The notes beneath the pieces were generated by a model. It did not search any database. It saw only the letters and a list, made by a program, of their open reading frames with translations, and was not told where the DNA came from. The translations under genes were made by a program, and so were the position numbers. Positions 18,215-24,635 of a stretch of 25,144 nt of DNA are shown here, piece by piece. Positions within the stretch are counted from its first letter, which is position 1. Each line of letters begins with the position of its first letter. The DNA is from a virus (Duplodnaviria > Caudoviricetes): positions 1 to 25,144 of the IMG/VR virus record IMGVR_UViG_3300047545_000050; one strand, 5' to 3'.

Positions 18215-18382
18215 TTATTGAATGTTTGCATCGTTTTGCAGTACATCCTCAAGTTCTTGGGCTAAGTCGGTTACATCACAGCTAATTAGGTAAGCCTGTG
18301 TGTGGTCTTGCTTTAGCTTGGCGTTGTGTAGCTTTTTAATCATGCGGTTCAGGTCTAAAAATACTTCGGCAAATTCTCTCAT
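18215..18382 (-). CDS. Hypothetical protein (55 aa)
   Basis: Start placed at MREFAEVF (18382), directly after the HNH stop. Confidence 0.6.
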   Translation of the reverse strand: MREFAEVFLDLNRMIKKLHNAKLKQDHTQAYLISCDVTDLAQELEDVLQNDANIQ

Positions 18383-18383
18383 T

Positions 18384-18878
18384 TTATTTTCCATTGTTAG
18401 CAAATTGACCATGATACTTATAACGCATAGCTTCAGCCACAAAAGTAGCGTAATCAATATCCTTGTAACAGCCAAAATACTTTCTTTTGCCGTTTACTTG
18501 TATTCTTACAGTCCACCTTTGCAATCTTTTATTCCATTCAACACCTTTAACGCCTGTTGTATTGTGTGAATACATTTTTGAATTCATTGTGTTTTGTGAA
18601 ATTGTGGCTTCACGCAAATTTTTAATGTCGTTGTTTAATGGGTTGCCGTCAATATGGTCAATTAATTTAGGCCAAACATTGTGAAACATGGCATAAATAA
18701 TTCTGTGGTTTTTGTACGAAACATCATTAACTTTAGTTTGCAAATAACCTTTGCCGTCTATGCAACCTGCGGGTTTTCCTTTTAATTTGTTCGCAACTCT
18801 ATCGACTTTCCAATACAAAATGCCGTTTTTGTATTCAAAAAATTTGTGTAAATCTTGGGGTAAAATTTGCTCAGCCAT
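18384..18878 (-). CDS. HNH endonuclease with AP2-like C-terminal DNA-binding domain (probable free-standing homing endonuclease)
   Basis: HRIIY...IDHIDGNPLNNDIKNLR (HNH) followed by GVKGVEW...WTVRIQVNGKRKYFG (AP2-like). AT-rich. Confidence 0.9.
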   Translation of the reverse strand: MAEQILPQDLHKFFEYKNGILYWKVDRVANKLKGKPAGCIDGKGYLQTKVNDVSYKNHRIIYAMFHNVWPKLIDHIDGNPLNNDIKNLREATISQNTMNSKMYSHNTTGVKGVEWNKRLQRWTVRIQVNGKRKYFGCYKDIDYATFVAEAMRYKYHGQFANNGK

Positions 18879-18945
18879 AGCAATACCTTTTATATTGTGG
18901 TGGTTAGAAGCCCCATTGGTTTGTCAGAACCTTTGGGGTTTTGTT
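18872..18945 (+). ncRNA. Candidate sar-like antisense RNA over the HNH translation start
   Basis: Plus-strand TAAAAT at 18861-18866, then a region complementary to the HNH ATG/RBS, ending in the hairpin CCCCA-TT-GGTT-TGTCAG-AACC-TT-TGGGG plus TTTTGTTT. No good -35 element seen. Confidence 0.5.
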
Positions 18946-19274
18946 TATTTTACCATTTTATCTATGTTGCGATTAGACGCTTGCTCTGTTCGCCAAATAT
19001 CTACCCGCATCTTGGCAGCTTCTAATTGCCAGCGCAATGCTTCTTTTTGTTCTACCGCTACGCCTATGGCTTTGCAAAGGTCTTGGTAGTCTTGGCTACG
19101 GTAGGCTTCTCGCTCCTGTGCGCCTAACGATTGTTCCTCAGTTTGTGACATTTTTATAGCTTTTAGGCTATGCCGAAAGTTCTCAAGCTGGGCCAGTTCA
19201 CCTGACGCTTTAGCGTATTGCGGTGCGGTTTTAAATATAAAGTCTATTGCTTCGTGTGGGTCATATTCTTTCAT
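18945..19274 (-). CDS. Helical hypothetical protein (possibly UvsY-like recombination mediator)
   Basis: 109 aa, all-helical, AQEREAY...WRTEQASNR, AAGGA RBS. Family assignment is an inference. Confidence 0.6.
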   Translation of the reverse strand: MKEYDPHEAIDFIFKTAPQYAKASGELAQLENFRHSLKAIKMSQTEEQSLGAQEREAYRSQDYQDLCKAIGVAVEQKEALRWQLEAAKMRVDIWRTEQASNRNIDKMVK

Positions 19275-20094
19275 CTAATCTTCCTTTAAGTACATTCCAT
19301 GCTGTTCTTGCCACTTCTGAAACTTGTCCATTTCCAATGGATTTAAGTCTGTCCATCCCAGCGGCCACCCCATTAGCCACTCTACCCACATCGGGTTCAA
19401 TTTCCCACCAGCTTGTGTGCTTAATGCTGTTCCACCCTGTGCGTATTTTTTCTTTCTGTGGCTTGTATCGCTGGCTACTGGAGTACTCCAAATTTTCATC
19501 GAATCCCTGACCGCCTGATTGATTGTGTATTGAGCTGGTTGTCCGCTCGGTCTTACTGGTAGCCAAGTTTCTTGTGTTCCCCTGTTCCCACAATTTGCAT
19601 CGGGTGTGGGCCACAACCCAGATTCTTTCTCTAAGATGGTTTGCTCCCACATCGGCTGCTGAAATAACTCCCCATTCCGCATCGTACCCCAGCGCGGAAA
19701 GGTCTCCGAGTACTGTTCCCAATCCCCTAGAAGTGAGCATTGGACTGTTTTCCACAAAGACATATCGGGGTCGTACCTCGCTAATAATCCTTGCCATCTC
19801 TTTCCACATTCCTGACCGTTCTCCGTCAATGCCTGCTCCTTTTCCTGCGGCAGAAATGTCTTGGCATGGAAACCCGCCCGATACAACATCAACAATTCCT
19901 CGCCACGGTTTTCCGTCAAAGGTTTGAACATCATCCCAAATCGGGAAAGGCGGGAGTATTCCGTCATTTTGTCGGGCAAGCAATACGCTTGCTGGGTATG
20001 CTTCCCATTCAACTGCACAGACGGTTCGCCATCCGAGCAAATGTCCTCCAAGTATTCCCCCACCAGCGCCTGCGAAAAGAGCCAACTCATTCAA
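19261..20094 (-). CDS. C5 cytosine DNA methyltransferase, alpha polypeptide (motifs I-VIII and X)
   Basis: LFAGAGG (I), GGFPCQD (IV), ENS (VI), HLRERIW (VIII), RLKSIGNG (X). Likely TTG start at 20094, 6 nt after GGGGG. Confidence 0.9.
   Translation of the reverse strand: MNELALFAGAGGGILGGHLLGWRTVCAVEWEAYPASVLLARQNDGILPPFPIWDDVQTFDGKPWRGIVDVVSGGFPCQDISAAGKGAGIDGERSGMWKEMARIISEVRPRYVFVENSPMLTSRGLGTVLGDLSALGYDAEWGVISAADVGANHLRERIWVVAHTRCKLWEQGNTRNLATSKTERTTSSIHNQSGGQGFDENLEYSSSQRYKPQKEKIRTGWNSIKHTSWWEIEPDVGRVANGVAAGMDRLKSIGNGQVSEVARTAWNVLKGRLDERI
19275..20090 (-). CDS. C5 methyltransferase beta polypeptide in an overlapping frame (TRD-like repeats and motif IX)
   Basis: 271 aa open frame fully inside the alpha gene. 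LWPTP/IWSTP units and LNPMWVEWLMGWP (motif IX-like). ATGA-coupled to the upstream gene, and its stop abuts the next ATG. Confidence 0.75.
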   Translation of the reverse strand: MSWLFSQALVGEYLEDICSDGEPSVQLNGKHTQQAYCLPDKMTEYSRLSRFGMMFKPLTENRGEELLMLYRAGFHAKTFLPQEKEQALTENGQECGKRWQGLLARYDPDMSLWKTVQCSLLGDWEQYSETFPRWGTMRNGELFQQPMWEQTILEKESGLWPTPDANCGNRGTQETWLPVRPSGQPAQYTINQAVRDSMKIWSTPVASDTSHRKKKYAQGGTALSTQAGGKLNPMWVEWLMGWPLGWTDLNPLEMDKFQKWQEQHGMYLKED

Positions 20095-20272
20095 TCCATT
20101 CCCCCTTATTACCTTTGTTACCTTTTTTCCATTGGTCAGCAAAGTCTTTTAGTGAATTACTATCAAGTTTGTATTTTGATAGATATTCTCTAAACTTTGC
20201 TAACCCCCATTCTGCACGCCATTTACACAACTGCCTAACACCGCAGCGATGTTTATGTTCTTGCTCATTCAA
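20087..20272 (-). CDS. Hypothetical protein
   Basis: 61 aa (EHKHRC.VRQL...QWKKGNKG), overlapping both neighbours in operon fashion. Confidence 0.7.
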   Translation of the reverse strand: MNEQEHKHRCGVRQLCKWRAEWGLAKFREYLSKYKLDSNSLKDFADQWKKGNKGNKGEWIE

Positions 20273-20639
20273 GTTCCATTCCTAACTTCACCATACACTT
20301 GCGTTTTAATGATTCGTAAGTATCGTAGCCATTTCCTAAAATGCCAAGTTCTTTTGCTTTCGCTTCAATGCCTTGTTGACTAAACATCCATGACCTATCC
20401 ACTTTTTCTTTGGCGGGGGTCATATCTAAAGTGTCAGTCCAACGCTCCCCATTAATCCAGCTTGCGGGGTAAGGCACAAAATCTATGTGGGTTCGTTTAA
20501 CTTCCCAGTATTTAATGTGGTTTGGCAAGGCTTCCATAGCTTCTCGCTTTTCAAGCTCGGTGAGCTTACGCCAAGCCAATTCAGCTTTTTTCTTAGCCAC
20601 TTTCTTAGGCCAAACTTCCCAAAATTTCTCAAATTCCAC
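20265..20639 (-). CDS. Stand-alone phage replication protein C-terminal-type domain
   Basis: FEKFWEVWPKKVAKKKAELAWRKL...PYPASWINGERWTD is the pattern usually seen at the C-terminus of O-like replisome organisers. GTG start right after the upstream stop. Confidence 0.7.
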   Translation of the reverse strand: MEFEKFWEVWPKKVAKKKAELAWRKLTELEKREAMEALPNHIKYWEVKRTHIDFVPYPASWINGERWTDTLDMTPAKEKVDRSWMFSQQGIEAKAKELGILGNGYDTYESLKRKCMVKLGMELE

Positions 20640-20640
20640 A

Positions 20641-20877
20641 CTAAATCCCCCATTTAGTTAAGTTGTTAAAAACATACAAATAAAGCCCTACAAAATACAT
20701 CAATACCGCAGCAAATTCTACTAAAAACAACGCCCAATCATCTTGCTTCCAACCCGCTATGGCCCACATTACGCTACCAACAAAGCCAAAAATGATGTTG
20801 GCAGGGTATTCGTTAATACTGGTTAGTCCAATACCAATCAAACACAAAAATGTACCAGTCCATTTAAAAAGGCGCAT
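20641..20877 (-). CDS. Small integral membrane protein (about 3 TM)
   Basis: 78 aa with three hydrophobic segments. Confidence 0.7.
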   Translation of the reverse strand: MRLFKWTGTFLCLIGIGLTSINEYPANIIFGFVGSVMWAIAGWKQDDWALFLVEFAAVLMYFVGLYLYVFNNLTKWGI

Positions 20878-21022
20878 CGGGCAAATCCAATTTAAGTTTG
20901 TCGGCTTTTACAAACTGGTAAGTCCAGTCCGTGTAAGTCTGTATTAAATGCTCGGCTTCGTGTTTAGTCTTAACAGTACGCATTAATTCACCATGCTCGT
21001 CATAAATTTTGTAGTGATTCAT
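20864..21022 (-). CDS. Hypothetical protein (52 aa)
   Basis: Hand-translated MNHYKIYDEHGELMRTVKTKHEAEHLIQTYTDWTYQFVKADKLKLDLPDAPF. ATGA overlap with the upstream gene. Confidence 0.7.
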   Translation of the reverse strand: MNHYKIYDEHGELMRTVKTKHEAEHLIQTYTDWTYQFVKADKLKLDLPDAPF

Positions 21023-21393
21023 TTCTCACTCGCTTTCTTTAATAAAGCTCTGGCAAACGACAAGGTGTCTGCCCAGTTGTCGGTTGTTTTTGGATTGGTG
21101 TCTTGTCTTAAAATGATTATTTCCTCATCACTTAACTCTTTTATTTGAGGTGAAGTGTAAAGTGGTTTATATGTATGACCTTTTGGCAAATCTGTTGGCT
21201 CTATATACCAAACTTCCCATTCTTCATCTTGTATATATTCCATCCAAGCTACTGGTTTAGATACTTTCTCTAGCTCCGCTATGCGGTCTGCTTGTTGGCG
21301 AAGCATAACAATGGATTTTTCTAATGCTGGAAAACTACCATCAAAGTCATCGTAATATTCTTGAAGAATATCTGCTAATTCGTATGCGTTCAT
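21019..21393 (-). CDS. Hypothetical mosaic early protein
   Basis: 124 aa (MNAYELAD...LRQQ..IAELE...PVAW...PLYT.P...LSDEEI...FARA), GGAG RBS, ATGA coupling. Confidence 0.75.
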   Translation of the reverse strand: MNAYELADILQEYYDDFDGSFPALEKSIVMLRQQADRIAELEKVSKPVAWMEYIQDEEWEVWYIEPTDLPKGHTYKPLYTSPQIKELSDEEIIILRQDTNPKTTDNWADTLSFARALLKKASEK

Positions 21394-21575
21394 AAATACT
21401 CCACCCTAGCGGTCATTGAATCAATTCGCATTTGTAGCTCACGGATTTTTAGGCTTTGTTCTTTAAGCAACTCAGCCGACTGAAACATAATCTCAAATTC
21501 TTCCAATCCAACTTTAATTTCAGATTTGGCGCAAAGTGTTTCTAACATATCAGCTAGTTCGTAGGCTCGGCTCAT
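21390..21575 (-). CDS. Hypothetical protein (61 aa), related to the N-terminus of the downstream gene
   Basis: Start placed at MSRAYELAD (21575), ATGA overlap with the upstream stop. Confidence 0.7.
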   Translation of the reverse strand: MSRAYELADMLETLCAKSEIKVGLEEFEIMFQSAELLKEQSLKIRELQMRIDSMTARVEYL

Positions 21576-21841
21576 TGCAATACTCGTGGTGATGGTGGGG
21601 ATGGGGGTGACATAGGCACAGTATAAGACGGTGTGCCAACTGCCCATCCTTGCGGTGTGACGATTTGATTGGGATAAACCGTAATGCTTTGGGTTACAAA
21701 CCCACGGTTGTCAACTATTTGACCCGAATTACTTTGTATTTGTACAGTTTGTGAAACATAACCCCGTGGGTCAGTAATTACATAAGTTTGGGCAAAAATT
21801 GGTGTAGCTACAAAAATTGCTAAAGCTGCTAAATATTTCAT
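21572..21841 (-). CDS. Exported protein with a Sec signal peptide
   Basis: Start placed at MKYLAALAIFVATPIFA|Q (21841) after a GGGGGAA RBS. Short DxRG[YF]V[ST]Q repeats and a Pro-rich tail. Confidence 0.75.
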   Translation of the reverse strand: MKYLAALAIFVATPIFAQTYVITDPRGYVSQTVQIQSNSGQIVDNRGFVTQSITVYPNQIVTPQGWAVGTPSYTVPMSPPSPPSPRVLQ

Positions 21842-21865
21842 AATTCCCCCTGTGTTAATACTGTA

Positions 21866-21908
21866 ATCGTAATGCGTTATCAAATAAAGTTTATTAGGAC
21901 TTACCCTA
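21866..21908 (-). promoter_or_regulatory. Putative activator-dependent promoter: TAGGGTAAGTCCTAA box, 22 nt spacer, -10 TACGAT
   Basis: Same architecture and spacing as 24785-24827. Confidence 0.6.
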
Positions 21909-22014
21909 ACTAAGCATTATGTTTGTGATTGTGTAACTTTATGTGTAATGACTCATAAGTATTACATTAAGTCAGTTTATGTAACATTTAAGTTATATTT
22001 TGGTATAACCCGTG

Positions 22015-22435
22015 GTTTTAGTATTCGGGTCGGTTTGTGAGGATTGAAGGCGTAATACTCCTATCCGTAGATAGGATGAATTATTCGAGTTCGGATGTTT
22101 CGGACTTCGGTATAACTAAATGATGGGTACTTTTGCTTGTTCAGGTCTGCCGTTACCAAGACTACCCAGTTCCCCTTGTCTTTCGACAACAGGACAGTTC
22201 CATAATTTTTGCTCATTTAGCAACAAAAACATGGGGCTAATGCCGTTTCGCTTCTGAAGGATTACAGCCTTTACCGTTGCAACACGCTTGAGAACGGGCT
22301 AGGTCAAGCCCTAAATGAAAAAGCTCTATTCAACTGGGCTGGGGCGTGGAAGGATTGACAAGTTTACGACTAAATTGTGTCATTCCAGCCCATGTGAATA
22401 GAGCCTTAACTTATCAAGTTTCCACGCCTGACAAG
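22015..22435 (-). ncRNA. Candidate large structured ncRNA (5' pseudoknot/attenuator domain plus multi-hairpin 3' domain)
   Basis: No ORF >=60 aa. Own sigma70-like promoter. Stems closed by GAAA, GUAA and cUACGg tetraloops on the minus strand only, and a 9-nt loop-bulge complementarity GGCGUGGAA/UUCCACGCC. Confidence 0.65.
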
Positions 22436-22438
22436 CAA

Positions 22439-22466
22439 AGTATAACCTAAATTTTGCGCTCTGCAA
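22439..22466 (-). promoter_or_regulatory. Sigma70-like promoter for the structured RNA
   Basis: TTGCAG-16 nt-TATACT overlapping the end of the cro-like gene. The first hairpin begins 4 nt downstream of the -10. Confidence 0.6.
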
Positions 22467-22692
22467 GTTCGGGCCAAATTAAATGCCAAGATTGCGGAAA
22501 CATATCCTTGCGGGTAACTAGCCCATGCGATTCCTTTTCAATCTGGGCTGCGAGTTCCATCAGCTTACTTGCAGGTAATCCCTCGTTTTGCCAGCGATGC
22601 ACGGCTTGAGTGGTTACCTTGAATCTGCGGGCGATTTTGGCTGGGCCACCGCATAAATGAATCATTTGTTTGGGTGTAAGTTTGAAGTCCAT
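22447..22692 (-). CDS. Cro-like (YdaS-type) HTH transcriptional regulator
   Basis: 81 aa, GGPAKIARRFKVTTQAVHRW HTH, VTRKDMFP...IWPEL C-terminus, first gene from a divergent promoter. Confidence 0.85.
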   Translation of the reverse strand: MDFKLTPKQMIHLCGGPAKIARRFKVTTQAVHRWQNEGLPASKLMELAAQIEKESHGLVTRKDMFPQSWHLIWPELAERKI

Positions 22693-22719
22693 AAAAGTAT
22701 TTTTATTGGTTAAGTTGAT

Positions 22720-22764
22720 ATTTTAACAAAAAATATTGCACATGGGTAAAAAAAGGTTTATAGT
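22720..22764. promoter_or_regulatory. Overlapping divergent promoters
   Basis: Plus strand TTGCAC(22736)-17 nt-TATAGT(22759). Minus strand extended -10 TGnTAAAAT (22720-22728). Confidence 0.7.
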
Positions 22765-22792
22765 AAAGTTACCTGACTACTCAGGTTAACTT

Positions 22793-23014
22793 ATGGAGAA
22801 ACTTATGGATGATAGACAAATGATGGATGCTCAATCTGAACTTGAATATGAACTAACCGTGATTTTTGAGGACTTAGAACAGGGCAATATGCTAACCGCT
22901 TCACAAATAGACACGCTTCGCTATGCAAGTGGATTCCCTAAAAAGACTAGGGTTATCCCTGTGTTGGGTGAAGTATTTAATGACTTTGGAAATATTTTTG
23001 GGGGAAAGAAATGA
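22793..23014 (+). CDS. Hypothetical acidic protein
   Basis: First gene of the rightward arm. A GGAG RBS suggests the true start is ATG 22805. ATGA coupling to the next gene. Confidence 0.65.
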   Translation: MEKLMDDRQMMDAQSELEYELTVIFEDLEQGNMLTASQIDTLRYASGFPKKTRVIPVLGEVFNDFGNIFGGKK

Positions 23015-23619
23015 TAGTTACAGGAAGCGCACCCGTGAAAGAATTTAAGATTGCACCAACTGGGTCACATTTGGCTCGTTTGTACCGCATTATTGACCTC
23101 GGTACGCAAAAGTCCGAGTACATGGGCAAAGTCAATATGTTGCGTAAGGTCAAGTTTTTTTGGGAATTGCACGGTGATGACCTAAAGACCGATGAAGGCA
23201 AGCCCTTAATCCAAACCCGCAATTACACGCTATCGCTAGGCGAAAAGGCTTCGTTACGGAAGGACTTGGAATCTTGGCGTGGCAAATCATTTACCGATGA
23301 TGAGTTGCGGGGCTTTGACCTTACAAACCTATTAGACAAGTGGTGCATGATTACCGTTCAGCATAGAGAATCCAATGGAAAGACCTATGCCGATGCGGTA
23401 GCGGTTACGCCCGTACCAGCCGTAGTCGCTAAAGCTGGCTTACCACAGGGCGTAAACCCAACACTTCTGTTTGATATGCAGAAGTTTGACCAAGCAGTAT
23501 TTGATGGTCTGTCCGATGGCTTGAAGAATCAAATCATGCAGTCGGCAGAGTTTCAAAACGGAAAGCGAAAAATCATCAACGCCATTGAGGATGATGAGGA
23601 CTTGAGCGTTCCATTCTAG
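23011..23619 (+). CDS. Probable single-stranded DNA-binding/replication protein (NGO0469-like)
   Basis: ARLYRIIDLGTQ...YTLSLGEKASLRKDLESWRG motif and an acidic C-terminal tail DDEDLSVPF typical of SSBs. Confidence 0.7.
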   Translation: MIVTGSAPVKEFKIAPTGSHLARLYRIIDLGTQKSEYMGKVNMLRKVKFFWELHGDDLKTDEGKPLIQTRNYTLSLGEKASLRKDLESWRGKSFTDDELRGFDLTNLLDKWCMITVQHRESNGKTYADAVAVTPVPAVVAKAGLPQGVNPTLLFDMQKFDQAVFDGLSDGLKNQIMQSAEFQNGKRKIINAIEDDEDLSVPF

Positions 23620-23644
23620 GGGGAATAACCTTTAGGAGAAAGCC

Positions 23645-23845
23645 ATGAACCATGCGATTAAAGATGTGATTGAATCCAAATACACCGTTAAGACTTTTCA
23701 AGAACGGGGCTACGATGAGGAAGTACCTATCATCGGATTTGCAGTTGAGGACTTAGAAACCGTCATTAAAAGCGTGGTTCATGCGTGTGCCGAGCGTGTG
23801 ACCAACGAATCAGAACGCAAGGATATACTGTCGTTAGCAGCTTAA
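23645..23845 (+). CDS. Hypothetical protein
   Basis: 66 aa, AGGAG RBS. Confidence 0.7.
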   Translation: MNHAIKDVIESKYTVKTFQERGYDEEVPIIGFAVEDLETVIKSVVHACAERVTNESERKDILSLAA

Positions 23846-23863
23846 TTTTTAACAGGGGGATGT

Positions 23864-24628
23864 ATGTTAGTGAAGGAAATAGCAAGTGAAAGTGGTCACT
23901 GGTATCTGCCTAATGGCGAGCCAGCTTATACAGTAGTTGGCTCTAACGGCAAAATGCGCAATACAACGGTGCGAGATGCCCGTAAAGAGGGTCTTTTACC
24001 GTCAGTCACCACCATTATCGGGTGCGCTGCCAAGCCAGCCCTTGATGTATGGAAACAACAACAGGCAATTCTAGCCGCCTTAACTTTGCCCCGTAATGAG
24101 GGCGAAACTGAGGAAGAATGGCTAAGTCGGGTTGTATCCGATAGCAAAGAAACCGCCAAGAAAGCTGCCGAGCGTGGCACACAAGTTCACGGGGTCATAG
24201 AAGCGTTTTACGAGGGCGTTTACCTACCTGAGTTACCAACCTATGTCCGTGTCGTAGAAAAGGCTATAAACGAGCATTTTGGGCCACAGTTGTGGGTTGC
24301 TGAGAAGTCCTTTGCCCACGGTGGCTATGGCGGTAAATGCGACTTGATTAGCCGACCCCATTACCACCCCAAAACAGAAGGTTTTGTAATTGACTTTAAG
24401 ACCACCGAAAAGGATGTGGATAAGCTCGATACTTATTTTGACCACCATATGCAGTTAGCGGCTTATAGGCACGGCTTTGAGATGCCTAACGCAAGGTGCG
24501 CCATTGTGTATGTCAATGCCGTTGAAAACAAGGCTAAACTACTAGAGATACCTGAAGATGACCTGAGAATCGGGTGGGAATGTTTTAGTCACTTGTTGGC
24601 CTTTTACAGGGCTAAAAACAAACTATAA
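23864..24628 (+). CDS. PD-(D/E)XK exonuclease (Cas4/RecB-like phage exonuclease)
   Basis: PSVTTII, RGT.VH, AEK, GKCDL, IDFKT and QLAAY motifs. Confidence 0.85.
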   Translation: MLVKEIASESGHWYLPNGEPAYTVVGSNGKMRNTTVRDARKEGLLPSVTTIIGCAAKPALDVWKQQQAILAALTLPRNEGETEEEWLSRVVSDSKETAKKAAERGTQVHGVIEAFYEGVYLPELPTYVRVVEKAINEHFGPQLWVAEKSFAHGGYGGKCDLISRPHYHPKTEGFVIDFKTTEKDVDKLDTYFDHHMQLAAYRHGFEMPNARCAIVYVNAVENKAKLLEIPEDDLRIGWECFSHLLAFYRAKNKL

Positions 24629-24629
24629 T
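24602..24629 (+). promoter_or_regulatory. Putative promoter for downstream small RNA(s)
   Basis: Perfect TATAAT (24624-24629) over the exonuclease stop, with TTTACA/TTTTAC 15-16 nt upstream. Confidence 0.55.
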
Positions 24630-24635
24630 GACAAC

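Noticed and set aside
19261-20142. Frameshifted pseudogene or sequencing error in the C5 methyltransferase
   Set aside because: Both frames are open end to end with complementary motifs and their own starts and stops. A single frameshift cannot give the order VIII-IX-X because X is back in the first frame.
19324-20285. Plus-strand ORFs over the methyltransferase locus
   Set aside because: Likely by-products of codon constraint in the dual-coding region, with no motifs or RBS.
22015-22435. Group I/II intron, retron msr-msd or tRNA/tmRNA as the identity of the structured region
   Set aside because: No interrupted gene flanks it, I could not find group I P7 or group II domain V consensus, there is no reverse transcriptase in the window, and there is no cloverleaf/T-loop. 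An Rfam search is still needed.
23864-24628. CRISPR-associated Cas4 or a CRISPR array
   Set aside because: No four-Cys cluster pattern, no other cas genes and no repeat-spacer array. It is an ordinary phage exonuclease next to an SSB-like gene.
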